NCBI GenBank assembly: GCA_035504115.1
Contig: DATJSL010000030.1
Span: forward strand, 19,864 to 43,863
Direction: 5' to 3'
Origin: Steroidobacteraceae bacterium
GTDB lineage: Bacteria; Pseudomonadota; Gammaproteobacteria; Steroidobacterales; Steroidobacteraceae
Length of the DNA: 24,000 nucleotides
Shown: positions 1 through 8,493 of the stretch, one piece after another
Layout: every line of letters begins with the position of its first letter
Position numbering within the stretch: position 1 is the stretch's first letter
Notes under the pieces: model-generated
Told to the model about the DNA's origin: nothing
Databases searched by the model: none
Seen by the model: the letters and a program-made list of their open reading frames with translations, nothing else
Translations under genes and position numbers: made by a program

Positions 1-314
1 GCGCGTGCCGGATACGGCTCGCGGAAATACTCCGCCATGATCTTGTTGACCACGGCGAAATGCGACAGATCGGTGAGGAACACCGTCGCCTTCACCACGT
101 CGTCGAGGCCGGCGCCGGCCGCGATCACGATCGCCTTGAGGTTGCGAAACACCTGATGCACCTGCGCCTCGATCCCGCCGGCGACGACCTCCTTGGTGTT
201 CGGATCCAGTGGAATCTGGCCCGACACCCAGACCGTGTTGCCGACCCGGACCGCTTGCGAATAGACCCCGATGGCGGCCGGGGCGTCCGGGGTGGAAATG
301 ATCTGCTTGCCCAT
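1..314 (-). CDS. ridA: RidA/YjgF/TdcF-family enamine/imine deaminase; the C-terminal end runs off the window
   Basis: Hand translation of the minus strand from ATG (312-314) gives [97 protein letters not shown]..., a typical RidA sequence. GGAGGA Shine-Dalgarno at 324-329, 9 nt upstream. Absent from the ORF track because it has no stop codon in the window. The position downstream of spoT matches Pseudomonas-type synteny. Confidence 0.85.
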   Translation of the reverse strand, partial: MGKQIISTPDAPAAIGVYSQAVRVGNTVWVSGQIPLDPNTKEVVAGGIEAQVHQVFRNLKAIVIAAGAGLDDVVKATVFLTDLSHFAVVNKIMAEYFREPYPAR

Positions 315-354
315 GATGCGTGTTCCTCCGTAGATGGTGCCCCGCCCGCGCTCC

Positions 355-2508
355 TCAGGCGAGCGTGCGGAACACTCGCTGCACGTCCGGCATGCGGCGT
401 ATGGTGCGCATGACGCGCGCCAGATGCTTGCGGTCGCGAACCTGCAGCTGGAATCTGAGCGAGGAGCTGTTGACGTCGCGCTCCTCCAGCGAGACCTGAT
501 CGATGTTGGTCTCGGTGCCGGCGATGCTGGACGCCACGGCCGCGAGAACTCCCACCCGGTTGTTGATGTCCAGCTGGATCTCCGAGGCGAAGGTGCGTCC
601 CTGGGTACCCTCCCAGGCCACCGACAGCCACTTGTCAGGCTGCTTGCGATATTCGGCGAGATTACCGCAATTCTGCCGATGGATCATCACGCCGCGGCCG
701 GCGGACAGATACGCCATGATGGGATCGTTCGGAATCGGAAAGCAGCAGCGCGCATAGGTGACCAGCAGCCCTTCGGTGCCGGCGATCATCAGCGGACCCG
801 AGTGCGCGCTGGTCTCGCCGTCGCCCGACGGCTGCAGATGCCGCGCCACCAGCGGCGCCAGCCGCTCGCCGAGGCCGATCTTCTCGAACAGCTCGTCGGC
901 ATCCTTGAGATTGAGCTCCTTCACCACGGCGTCGATGTCGGCCTGCGGGATCTTCTTCAAGCTCAGCGACAGCTCCTCCAGCGCGAGTCCGAGGAGCCGC
1001 CGCCCGAGCTCGATCGCGTCGCCGCGCTTCAAGTTCTTCAAGTACTGCCGGATGGCGGCGCGCGCCTTGGCGGTCACGAGAAAGCTCGACCAGGACGGAT
1101 TGGGCGTCGCGCCCTTGGCGGTGATGATTTCCACGGTCTGGCCGTTGCGCAGCGGCGTGCGCAGCGGCACGAGCCGCCGGTCGACCTTCGCGGCGACGCA
1201 TCGATTGCCGACGTCGGTATGAATCGCATAGGCGAAATCGACCGCCGTTGCGCCGGTCGGCAGCCTCAGGATCTTGCCCTTGGGGGTGAACACGTACACC
1301 TTGTCCGGGAACAGATCGACCTTGACGCTCTCCAGGAACTCCTCCGAGCTGCCGCCCTCCTGGATCTGCACCAGCCCCGCGAGCCACTCGCGCGCCCGGT
1401 CATGCTCGATGCCGCCGAAGGAGTCGCCCCCGGTCTTGTATTTCCAGTGCGCGGCGATGCCCGACTCGGCCACGCGGTGCATCTGCTCCGAGCGGATCTG
1501 CACCTCGATCGGCACGCCGTTCGGGCCGAACAGCGTGGTGTGCAGGGACTGATAGCCGTTGATGCGCGGGATGGCGATGTAGTCCTTGAAGCGCCCCGGC
1601 ATCGGCCGGTACACCCCGTGCACCAGCCCGAGCACCCGGTAGCAGGTGTCGACGCTGTCGACGATGATGCGAAAGCCGTAGACGTCGACCATCTCGTTCA
1701 GCGAGATGTGCTTGTTCTGCATCTTCTTGTAGATGCTGTAGAGGTGCTTTTCACGCCCTTCCACGTGCGCCGCGACGTCGGCTTTCTTGAGCGTGCTCTT
1801 GAAGGTGTCGGCGATCTTGCTCACGAACTGCTTCTGGTTGCCGCGTGCGCGCTTCAGCTCGCGCTCGAGCACGCGATATCGATAAGGATACAAGGCTCGG
1901 AAGCCGAGGTCCTCGAGCTCGAGCTTGACGGCGTACAGGCCGAGCCGCTCGGCGATGGGCGCATAGATCTCGAGCGTCTCGCGCGCGATGCGCCGCCGCT
2001 TCATCGGCGGCATGACTCCGAGCGTGCGCATGTTGTGCATGCGGTCGGCGAGCTTGACCATGATCACGCGAATGTCGCGCACCATCGCGAGCAGCATCTT
2101 GCGGAAGCTCTCGGCCTGCGCCTCCTGGCGGTTCTTGAACTGAATCTGGTCGAGTTTGCTCACGCCGTCGACCAGCTCGGCGACCACCTGGCCGAACATC
2201 GAGGCGATCTCCGCCTTGGCGGTCGGCGTGTCCTCGATCACGTCGTGCAGAATGGCGGCGACCAGGGTATCGGCGTCGAGCTTCAGGTCGGCGAGAATGT
2301 CCGCCACCGCGACCGGATGGGTGATGTACGGCTCGCCCGAGACGCGTTTCTGGCCTTGATGGCGCTCGGCGCCGAAGTCGTAGGCCTCGCGTACCCGCTC
2401 GACCTGGGCGGGCGGCAGGTAGCTCTCGAGCTTCTCTAGGAGCTCACTGATCCCGGTGGTGCGTCTTCCACTGGGTAGGAAACCGAGTATGGAAGACGCA
2501 TAGTCCAT
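355..2508 (-). CDS. spoT: bifunctional (p)ppGpp synthetase/hydrolase SpoT
   Basis: The 717-aa ORF aligns along its whole length with E. coli SpoT as recalled. Matches include the HD hydrolase motif (ILHDVIEDT), the synthetase region ([28 protein letters not shown]), and TGS and ACT-like C-terminal regions. It follows rpoZ as in enterics and pseudomonads. Confidence 0.95.
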   Translation of the reverse strand: MDYASSILGFLPSGRRTTGISELLEKLESYLPPAQVERVREAYDFGAERHQGQKRVSGEPYITHPVAVADILADLKLDADTLVAAILHDVIEDTPTAKAEIASMFGQVVAELVDGVSKLDQIQFKNRQEAQAESFRKMLLAMVRDIRVIMVKLADRMHNMRTLGVMPPMKRRRIARETLEIYAPIAERLGLYAVKLELEDLGFRALYPYRYRVLERELKRARGNQKQFVSKIADTFKSTLKKADVAAHVEGREKHLYSIYKKMQNKHISLNEMVDVYGFRIIVDSVDTCYRVLGLVHGVYRPMPGRFKDYIAIPRINGYQSLHTTLFGPNGVPIEVQIRSEQMHRVAESGIAAHWKYKTGGDSFGGIEHDRAREWLAGLVQIQEGGSSEEFLESVKVDLFPDKVYVFTPKGKILRLPTGATAVDFAYAIHTDVGNRCVAAKVDRRLVPLRTPLRNGQTVEIITAKGATPNPSWSSFLVTAKARAAIRQYLKNLKRGDAIELGRRLLGLALEELSLSLKKIPQADIDAVVKELNLKDADELFEKIGLGERLAPLVARHLQPSGDGETSAHSGPLMIAGTEGLLVTYARCCFPIPNDPIMAYLSAGRGVMIHRQNCGNLAEYRKQPDKWLSVAWEGTQGRTFASEIQLDINNRVGVLAAVASSIAGTETNIDQVSLEERDVNSSSLRFQLQVRDRKHLARVMRTIRRMPDVQRVFRTLA

Positions 2509-2527
2509 CGGTACCTAGCGGCGCGTA

Positions 2528-2806
2528 TCAGTCCCCTAGGCCAAGCTGCGGAGCGCGGAAGTCGGACGGAATCTCGAGCTCGGCCGCCGGTTGCGGGGCC
2601 GGCTCTTCGGGCTCTTCGAGCATTTCGAGCGTGATGTTTCCGGCGGCGATCTCGCGCAGCGCAACCACCGTCGGCTTGTCGTTCTCCCACTCGACGGTCG
2701 CCTCCGCGCCGTTCGCCAGCCGCCGCGCGCGCTTGGCGGCGAGCAGCACCAGATTGAAAAGGTTGGGCTCGTTCTGCAGGCAGTCTTCGACGGTGATCCG
2801 CGCCAT
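2528..2806 (-). CDS. rpoZ: DNA-directed RNA polymerase subunit omega
   Basis: 92-aa [38 protein letters not shown]... is a canonical RpoZ N-terminus. It sits in the gmk-rpoZ-spoT synteny. Confidence 0.95.
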   Translation of the reverse strand: MARITVEDCLQNEPNLFNLVLLAAKRARRLANGAEATVEWENDKPTVVALREIAAGNITLEMLEEPEEPAPQPAAELEIPSDFRAPQLGLGD

Positions 2807-2890
2807 GGCTCTTCGGGGTTTCGTTTAAGGGAGTAAAAGCATAGCAGGAAACGGGCCCCCCGGGCCAGCGCGGGCAGGCGCAAGCGCCGA

Positions 2891-3541
2891 TCAGGCCAGC
2901 AATTCCGCCGCCAGCCGCGCCACCTCCGGCCGGGTGGCTTTGAGGGCTGCCCCGTGCTCGCGCACGATGGCCTGAAAATCGCGCAAGGCATCGTCGAAGC
3001 GGTCGTTGATCACCACGTAGTCGAACTCGATCCAGTGCGCGATGTCGCGCTGCGCGTCCTCGAGACGGCGGCGAATGACCTCGGGCGAATCGGTGCTGCG
3101 GGCGGTAAGACGCTCCTCGAGGGCGCGACGCGTCGGGGGCAGGATGAAGACGCTGTGTGCGGCGGGCAGCCGCGCCCGCACCTGGCGCGCGCCCTGCCAG
3201 TCGATCTCGAGCAGCAGCAGCCGCCCCGCGGCGAGCGCATCGCGCACCGCCTTGAGCCCCGTGCCGTAGCAATTGTCGTACACCCGCGCGTGCTCGAGAA
3301 ACTCGCCGCGCGCCGCCATCCGCTCGAACTGCCGCGCCGTGATGAAGTGATAGTCCCGCCCGTCGATCTCGTTCGGCCGCGGCGCCCGGGTGGTGTAGGA
3401 GACGGAGAATCGCAGCCCGGGCTCGCGCTCCATGAGCGCCTTCACCAGGCTGGTCTTGCCGGCGCCCGAGGGAGCCGAAACCACGTACAGGCGGCCGGCC
3501 CTGCCGGCGCCCGCGGTTTGCTCGTTTGCGGCCGCCGGCAT
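2891..3541 (-). CDS. gmk: guanylate kinase
   Basis: 216-aa ORF with P-loop SAPSGAGKTS and the guanylate kinase signature TTRAPRPNEIDGRDYHF. ATG at 3539-3541. Confidence 0.94.
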   Translation of the reverse strand: MPAAANEQTAGAGRAGRLYVVSAPSGAGKTSLVKALMEREPGLRFSVSYTTRAPRPNEIDGRDYHFITARQFERMAARGEFLEHARVYDNCYGTGLKAVRDALAAGRLLLLEIDWQGARQVRARLPAAHSVFILPPTRRALEERLTARSTDSPEVIRRRLEDAQRDIAHWIEFDYVVINDRFDDALRDFQAIVREHGAALKATRPEVARLAAELLA

Positions 3542-3546
3542 CGCGG

Positions 3547-4410
3547 CTACTCGACGTTCTGCACTTGCTCGCGCATCTGCTCGATCAGTACCTTCATGTC
3601 GACGGCCGCGCGCGTCGTCTCGATGTCCTGCGACTTGGAGGACAGCGTGTTCGCTTCGCGGTTCAGCTCCTGCATCAGGAAATCGAGGCGCCGTCCCGCC
3701 GGCTCATGGCCCGCGAAGGCCTTGCGCACCTCGGCGACGTGGCCGCGCAGCCGATCGATCTCCTCGTCGACGTCGAGCCGCTGCGCGAGGATGGCGAGCT
3801 CCTGCTCCAGGCGGTCGTGATCGGCGTCGCTGGTGAGCTGGGCGATGCGATCGAGGAGCTTGGCGCGCATGCGCGCGCGCACCTCCGGCAGGCGCTCCGA
3901 GACGCGCGCCGCGAAGTCGATCAGGCCCGCGCAGCGCTGCTCGAGCGCCTCGCGCAAGCGCGCGCCCTCGCTGTCGCGAAACCGCGCGAGCTCATCCAGC
4001 GCCTCGCCGAGCAGCGCCTGCGCCGCCGCGACCAGCGGTGCGCTGTCGCGCGCCTGATCCCGCAGCACGCCCGGCCAGCGCAGCAGGTCGAGTACCTCGA
4101 TGCGTGCGGCCGCGCCCGCCTGCGCCGCCGCCTGCTGTGCCCGCTGCGTCACGGCCGCGAGGAGCTCGGCGTCGACGTCCAGGGTGGTGGTCGTGGAGGC
4201 GGGGCGGAAATGCAGCGAGCACTCGACCTTGCCTCGGCGCACGGCGCCGGACACCGCCTGGCGAAATTCAGCCTCGGCGCAGCGAAACTCTTCGGGCAGC
4301 CGGCAGCCGATCTCCAGGTAGCGGTGATTGACCGTCTTCAGCTCCCACGCGAGCTGCCCCCACGGAAACTGGCGCTCGCGCCGCGCAAAGCCGGTCATGC
4401 TACGAATCAT
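3547..4410 (-). CDS. yicC: YicC-family stress-induced protein (putative endoribonuclease)
   Basis: The ORF-track entry (3547-4716) is over-extended. An internal ATG at 4408-4410 gives MIRSMTGFARRE..., matching the E. coli YicC N-terminus MIRSMTAYARRE. The C-terminus ...VLIEQMREQVQNVE matches YicC ...VLIEQMREQIQNIE. The upstream 102 codons are Arg/Pro-rich junk. Confidence 0.9.
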   Translation of the reverse strand: MIRSMTGFARRERQFPWGQLAWELKTVNHRYLEIGCRLPEEFRCAEAEFRQAVSGAVRRGKVECSLHFRPASTTTTLDVDAELLAAVTQRAQQAAAQAGAAARIEVLDLLRWPGVLRDQARDSAPLVAAAQALLGEALDELARFRDSEGARLREALEQRCAGLIDFAARVSERLPEVRARMRAKLLDRIAQLTSDADHDRLEQELAILAQRLDVDEEIDRLRGHVAEVRKAFAGHEPAGRRLDFLMQELNREANTLSSKSQDIETTRAAVDMKVLIEQMREQVQNVE

Positions 4411-4475
4411 AGGGTCTCGAGCCGAAATCGGCCATAATCGGCAGCCGAGTCTATCGAAGCCGGTAGGAGCTGTCA

Positions 4476-5222
4476 TTGCAGATCGAGACCGCGGATGTGA
4501 GCCTGATCGGCCACCGCGAGGAGAATCAGGATCGAGTCGCGGTGGCAGCCGGCGAGCATGCCGTACTGCTGGCGGTGATCGACGGCATGGGCGGTCATGC
4601 CGAGGGCGCGCGCGCGGCGGAAACGGCGCTGGCGACGCTCCTCGAGGCGTTCTGGCAGACGCCGCACCCGATATTCGATCCGCTCGGATTCCTGCATCTG
4701 TCTCTCGGGCGCGCACACGAGGAAGTCGTGAAGCTCGGCGTCGGTCTCGCGGTGGAGGCCCGCCCGCGCGCGACCTGCGCGGTATGCCTGGTGCAGGATT
4801 CGGCGGCTTACTGGGCGCACGTCGGCGACAGCCGCGTCTATCAGCTGCGCCAATCCCAGGTCCTCGAGCGCACGCGCGATCACAGCCACGTGGAGGTTCT
4901 GCTGCGCGAGGGACTCATCACCGAGGCCGAAGTACAAGGCCATCCGATGCGCAATTACGTCGAATGCTGTCTGGGAGGCGACGCGGCATTGCCCGAGATG
5001 AGCATCTCGAGCCGCCGGCGGCTGAAGGCGGGCGACGTTCTGCTGTTGTGTACCGACGGGGTGTGGGCGAATCTGCGCGACCAGGACTTCGTGCGCTTCG
5101 CGCAGTCCGCCGGCAAGCCCTTGCGCGACAGTCTCACCGATCTCGGCACCCAGGCGGTGGCCGCCGCGGCGCCTTACAGTGACAACGCCAGCGCCGCCGC
5201 GCTGCGCTGGCGGGCCGCATGA
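4476..5222 (+). CDS. PP2C-family (PPM) serine/threonine protein phosphatase, single domain
   Basis: 248-aa ORF with PPM motifs: [41 protein letters not shown] start at 4476 is preceded by AGGAG (4465-4469). Its stop overlaps the rph start (ATGA at 5219-5222). Confidence 0.8.
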   Translation: MQIETADVSLIGHREENQDRVAVAAGEHAVLLAVIDGMGGHAEGARAAETALATLLEAFWQTPHPIFDPLGFLHLSLGRAHEEVVKLGVGLAVEARPRATCAVCLVQDSAAYWAHVGDSRVYQLRQSQVLERTRDHSHVEVLLREGLITEAEVQGHPMRNYVECCLGGDAALPEMSISSRRRLKAGDVLLLCTDGVWANLRDQDFVRFAQSAGKPLRDSLTDLGTQAVAAAAPYSDNASAAALRWRAA

Positions 5223-5938
5223 GCTTGCGTCCGAGCGGCCGCGAGCCGAATGAGCTCAGGCCCGTGAGCTTCGAGCGCGGCTATACCGCGCACGCCGAGG
5301 GCTCGGTGCTGGTGGGGTTCGGCGGGACCCGCGTGCTGTGCACGGCGAGCATCGAGGATGGCGTGCCGTCGTTCCTGCGCGGCTCCGCACAGGGCTGGGT
5401 GACCGCCGAGTACGGCATGCTGCCGAGGTCCACGCACACCCGCACGGCACGCGAGGCCGCGCGCGGCAAGCAGTCCGGCCGCACGCAGGAGATTCAGCGC
5501 CTGATCGGCCGCGCGCTGCGCGCCGTGCTCGATCTCAAGGCCCTCGGTGAGCGCACCGTGACCGTGGATTGCGACGTGCTGCAGGCGGACGGAGGCACCC
5601 GGACCGCCTCGATCACCGGCGGGTTCGTGGCGCTCGCCGACGCCGTCGATACCCTGCTCAAGAGGCGCGTGCTGGCGGTCAATCCCATCCATGGCCAGGT
5701 GGCGGCGGTGTCGGTGGGCATATACCGCGGCGTGCCGGTGCTCGATCTCGATTACGCCGAAGACTCGAACGCCGAGACCGACATGAACGTGGTGATGAAC
5801 TCGGGGGGCGGGTTCGTGGAAGTGCAGGGCACCGCGGAAGGCCACGCCTTTCGCCGCCACGAGCTCGATCGATTGCTGGACCTCGCTGCGCAGGGGATCG
5901 CGCGGCTGCACGCGGCGCAGCTGAGTGCCCGAGCCTAG
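5219..5938 (+). CDS. rph: ribonuclease PH
   Basis: 239-aa ORF: [29 protein letters not shown]...[17 protein letters not shown]...[21 protein letters not shown] is a canonical RNase PH. Confidence 0.95.
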   Translation: MSLRPSGREPNELRPVSFERGYTAHAEGSVLVGFGGTRVLCTASIEDGVPSFLRGSAQGWVTAEYGMLPRSTHTRTAREAARGKQSGRTQEIQRLIGRALRAVLDLKALGERTVTVDCDVLQADGGTRTASITGGFVALADAVDTLLKRRVLAVNPIHGQVAAVSVGIYRGVPVLDLDYAEDSNAETDMNVVMNSGGGFVEVQGTAEGHAFRRHELDRLLDLAAQGIARLHAAQLSARA

Positions 5939-5948
5939 AGATCGCGGC

Positions 5949-6569
5949 GTGCGCGGCGCTGCCGCCGAACGCCAGACGCTGGTGATCGCGAGCGCGAATC
6001 CCGGCAAGCTGCGCGAGCTCGCAGAGCTGCTCGCGCAGCTGCCATTCGCGCTCGTCGGCCAGGCGGCGCTCGGGGTTGCCGCAGCCGAGGAGACCGGCGC
6101 GACGTTCGCGCAGAACGCACTGCTGAAAGCCCGGCACGCCGCCCGGTCAACGGGTCTCGCGGCCATCGCGGATGACTCGGGACTCGAGGTCGATGCGCTC
6201 GGCGGCGCGCCGGGAGTCCGCTCGGCGCGCTACGCGGGCGAGGGAGCGAGCGATGAGGCCAACAACGCCAAGCTCATCGCCGCGCTCGAGGGCCTTACGG
6301 GATCGGCGCGCCGGGCGCGCTACCGCTGCGCGCTGGTCTACGTCGACGGCCCTGCCGATCCTTCGCCTGTGTGCGCGCAGGGCGTGTGGGAGGGCCTCAT
6401 CCTGGCCGCGCCGCGCGGCGCGCGCGGCTTCGGGTACGACCCTTACTTCTGGCTGCCCGAGCTCGATGCGACCGCGGCCGAGCTCGAGCCCGCCGCGAAG
6501 AACCGGTTGAGCCACCGCGGCAAGGCCTTGCGGCTGCTGCGCGACAAGCTCGCCGTGCGGCCGCGATGA
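5949..6569 (+). CDS. rdgB: RdgB/HAM1 non-canonical purine NTP pyrophosphatase
   Basis: LVIASANPGKLRELAELL...EETGATFAQNALLKARHAA...ADDSGLEVDALGGAPGVRSARY...GFGYDPYFW...SHRGKAL matches RdgB. The start is uncertain. The listed ORF begins at GTG 5925, overlapping the rph end. GTG 5949 and GTG 5982 are in-frame alternatives, and none has a convincing SD. Confidence 0.85.
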   Translation: MRGAAAERQTLVIASANPGKLRELAELLAQLPFALVGQAALGVAAAEETGATFAQNALLKARHAARSTGLAAIADDSGLEVDALGGAPGVRSARYAGEGASDEANNAKLIAALEGLTGSARRARYRCALVYVDGPADPSPVCAQGVWEGLILAAPRGARGFGYDPYFWLPELDATAAELEPAAKNRLSHRGKALRLLRDKLAVRPR

Positions 6570-7720
6570 GCGCCGCGCCGTTGCCGCTCACTCTGTACGT
6601 GCACATGCCCTGGTGCGTACGCAAGTGCCCGTACTGCGACTTCAACTCCCACCAGCTCAAATCGGCAAAGCCCTCGGTGCGCTACATCGATGCGCTGCTC
6701 GCGGATCTCGAGGCCGAGCTGCCGCTGCTCGGCAGCCGGCCGATCGAGGCGGTCTTCTTCGGCGGAGGGACGCCGAGCCTGTTCGCGCCCGAGGAGTTCG
6801 CGCGGCTGCTCGCGGGAGTGCGGCAGCGGTGCGTGCTGGCGGACGGCGCCGAGGTGACGCTCGAGGCGAATCCCGGCACCATCGAGCGCGGCCGATTCGC
6901 CGGCTATCGGGCGGCGGGGATCAATCGCGTATCCCTCGGTGCACAGAGCTTTGCGCCCCATGCGCTCGAGCGCCTGGGACGCATCCATGCGCCCAGGGAC
7001 ACCCTCGCCGCGGTCGAGGAGTTGCGCGCGGCGGGGATCGGCAACTTCAATCTGGACCTCATGTATGCGCTGCCGGGGCAGACGTTCGAGGAGGCGCTCG
7101 AGGACATCCGCGTGGCCTGCGCGCTTGGGCCGGCGCACATCTCGCACTATCAGCTCACCCTCGAGCCGGGCACCGCCTTCCATGCCCGTCCACCGGCGTT
7201 GCCGGGCGAGGAGCTGGCATTTCGGATGCAGCGCGAGTGTCAGGAGCTGCTCGCCGCGCATGGCTTCGAGCAATACGAGGTATCCGCCTACGCCAAGCGC
7301 GGCGCGCGCTGCCGCCACAATCTCAACTACTGGCAGTTCGGCGACTATGTGGGCATCGGCGCGGGCGCACATGGCAAGCTGAGCGCCTCGCTCCCGGGCG
7401 GCGTGCTGCGCACCGAGAAGCCCCGCCAGCCAAGGAGCTATCAGGCGGCGGCCGTGGCGTGCGCGCCCGTCGGCGAGCGCCGGCCGGTGGCCGCGCGCGA
7501 GCTGCCTTTCGAGTTCATGCTCAACGCATTGCGCCTCAACGAAGGGTTCGCGTGCGGCGATTTCGAGTGCCGGACGGGCCTTTCGATGAGCGCGGTCGAG
7601 CCCGAGCTGCGCAAGGCGCAGGCGCGCAGCCTCGTCGAGATGACCGACCGCGGGGGATGGCGGGCCAGCGAGCTCGGATTCAGGTTCCTAAACGACCTGC
7701 AAGCCAGCTTCCTGCCCTAA
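6566..7720 (+). CDS. hemW: radical-SAM heme chaperone HemW (oxygen-independent coproporphyrinogen-III oxidase-like, YggW)
   Basis: The ORF-track entry starts too early (6371). ATG at 6566 gives MSAAPLPLTLYVHMPWCVRKCPYCDFNSH, matching E. coli YggW ..LSLYIHIPWCVQKCPYCDFNSH with the CxxxCxxC cluster motif. ATGA overlap with the rdgB stop (6566-6569). Confidence 0.9.
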   Translation: MSAAPLPLTLYVHMPWCVRKCPYCDFNSHQLKSAKPSVRYIDALLADLEAELPLLGSRPIEAVFFGGGTPSLFAPEEFARLLAGVRQRCVLADGAEVTLEANPGTIERGRFAGYRAAGINRVSLGAQSFAPHALERLGRIHAPRDTLAAVEELRAAGIGNFNLDLMYALPGQTFEEALEDIRVACALGPAHISHYQLTLEPGTAFHARPPALPGEELAFRMQRECQELLAAHGFEQYEVSAYAKRGARCRHNLNYWQFGDYVGIGAGAHGKLSASLPGGVLRTEKPRQPRSYQAAAVACAPVGERRPVAARELPFEFMLNALRLNEGFACGDFECRTGLSMSAVEPELRKAQARSLVEMTDRGGWRASELGFRFLNDLQASFLP

Positions 7721-7722
7721 GC

Positions 7723-7731
7723 TTATACACA
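7723..7731 (+). promoter_or_regulatory. DnaA-box-like 9-mer TTATACACA (8/9 to TTATCCACA; identical to the E. coli R2-type box)
   Basis: Read directly, 3 nt after the hemW stop codon. Confidence 0.35.
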
Positions 7732-7797
7732 CGGGCGGTTGCGCCTCGACTGCAGCGGTACCTACAGCACATTGCGCCTACGTTAGGTCAGATGCCC

Positions 7798-7871
7798 GAT
7801 GTAACAATATGAAATTAATAATAAAACCAGCTTGTATATTTTTTGACCAAGTTAACATTTACTCGTATTTC
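7798..7871. other. AT-rich tract (hand count about 18 G+C in 74 nt) within otherwise GC-rich DNA
   Basis: gatgtaacaatatgaaattaataataaaaccagcttgtatattttttgaccaagttaacatttactcgtatttc. Contains TTGACC (7843-7848), a 17-nt spacer, then TATTTC as a possible sigma70-like promoter with an A/T-rich UP-like region. It could alternatively be an unwinding-element-like tract. Confidence 0.6.
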
Positions 7872-7898
7872 AGCAGTGTGAACGGCGCATGGCGCAGT

Positions 7899-7933
7899 CC
7901 GTCCACAGAGTTATCCACAGATATTGTGGAAAA
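7899..7933. promoter_or_regulatory. cluster of three DnaA-box-like sites: CCGTCCACA (7899-7907, weak), TTATCCACA (7911-7919, perfect consensus), TGTGGAAAA (7925-7933, equal to TTTTCCACA on the minus strand, 8/9)
   Basis: Read directly. The last two boxes form a head-to-head inverted repeat with a 5-bp spacer (TTATCCACA gatat TGTGGAAAA). Confidence 0.5.
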
Positions 7934-8106
7934 AAGGGGCGCGCCAGCCCGGGCAGACAGCCTACCGCCGCGGCGCTTGTTGAGGGGCCTGCTTTAGGCT
8001 AAGGTACGCGGCCCTAAAGACGTAGGGCCATCGCATGGCGATGAGGCTCCTTGAAAACCCCGTTCGAGGACCCATCGATTCTGCTCAAACGAGACTCGAG
8101 GTTTCC

Positions 8107-8322
8107 ATGAAGGCCGGCATCCATCCCGAATACCAGGACATCACCGTCACCTGCACCTGCGGCAACACGTTCAAGACCCGCTCGACCATCGGTCACGACC
8201 TGCAGGTCGAGGTGTGCTCGAACTGCCATCCGTTCTACACCGGCAAGCAGAAGATCGTCGACACGGGCGGCCGCGTCGACAAGTTCCGCAAGAAGTACGC
8301 GACCGCAGCCGCCAAGGCTTGA
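8107..8322 (+). CDS. rpmE: 50S ribosomal protein L31, zinc-ribbon (C+) form
   Basis: The ORF-track entry starts at 8035, but an internal ATG at 8107 gives [27 protein letters not shown]...[13 protein letters not shown], a canonical L31 with CxC...CxxC. GAGG at 8098-8101 serves as the SD. Confidence 0.93.
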   Translation: MKAGIHPEYQDITVTCTCGNTFKTRSTIGHDLQVEVCSNCHPFYTGKQKIVDTGGRVDKFRKKYATAAAKA

Positions 8323-8493
8323 CCGCGCCTCGCGCCGCTGTCGCCAGCCCGATCAAGCTGGCGCCTTGAGCTAGCGCCTGCGCCGCGTGCTTGCTGAGCG
8401 CGGCGCGCTGCGACCCACGCGCTTGATTCCGCAGGTCCGCCGTGCAAGGCTTCCGGGCCTCGTCAACGAACTGGCCGCAAATCGGTTACGCGT

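Noticed and set aside
334-2439. 701-aa plus-strand ORF antisense to spoT. There are similar very long antisense or off-frame ORFs elsewhere (18418-20448 antisense to mrcA, 11427-13070 antisense to the protease, 13702-15186, 15323-16297, 10020-11510, 8371-9192, 22227-22973 and others).
   Set aside because: Their translations are Arg/Ala/Gly/Pro-rich low-complexity strings with no recognizable motifs. Each fully overlaps a gene with an unmistakable conserved product on the other strand or frame. Long stop-free alternative frames are expected in GC-rich DNA.
2807-2890. GC hairpins (GGCG-cttg-CGCC and GGCCC-ggg-GGGCC followed by GTTTCC, minus-strand reading) between gmk and rpoZ, as a possible attenuator.
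   Set aside because: The stems are short and there is no real U-tract. A gmk-rpoZ spacer of this size is common, so there is not enough evidence to call a feature.
4411-4716. N-terminal extensions in the ORF track: yicC (to 4716), hemW (from 6371), rpmE (from 8035), bioA (to 15159), bioF (to 16369), pilN (from 21694), the pilP frame (from 22571) and the hypothetical gene (to 17879).
   Set aside because: The extensions read through neighbouring genes in another frame and encode junk. Internal starts reproduce the canonical N-termini of each family and give tidy stop/start junctions.
7808-7870. Fur-box-like (GAAATTAATAATAAAAC) and Zur-box half-site-like (GTTAACATTT) matches upstream of rpmE.
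   Set aside because: The matches are partial (about 11/19 for Fur, and only one half-site for Zur), and any AT-rich stretch gives such hits. The downstream L31 is the zinc-binding C+ form, which is not the paralog classically repressed by Zur.
7809-7997. 62-aa ORF (MKLIIKPACIFFDQVNIYSYF...) starting in the AT-rich tract.
   Set aside because: It has no Shine-Dalgarno, and its composition flips from AT-rich to GC-rich mid-ORF. It runs across the DnaA-box palindrome, and the peptide has no recognizable features. It is most likely a chance ORF in non-coding DNA.
7720-8035. Calling this island the chromosomal replication origin (oriC).
   Set aside because: There are only one perfect and two 8/9 DnaA boxes. 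No dnaA, dnaN, gidA, parAB or rpmH neighbours are present, no GATC clustering is seen, and gene orientation does not switch at this point in the window. I kept it as a DnaA-box/AT-tract observation with oriC as only one of several hypotheses.
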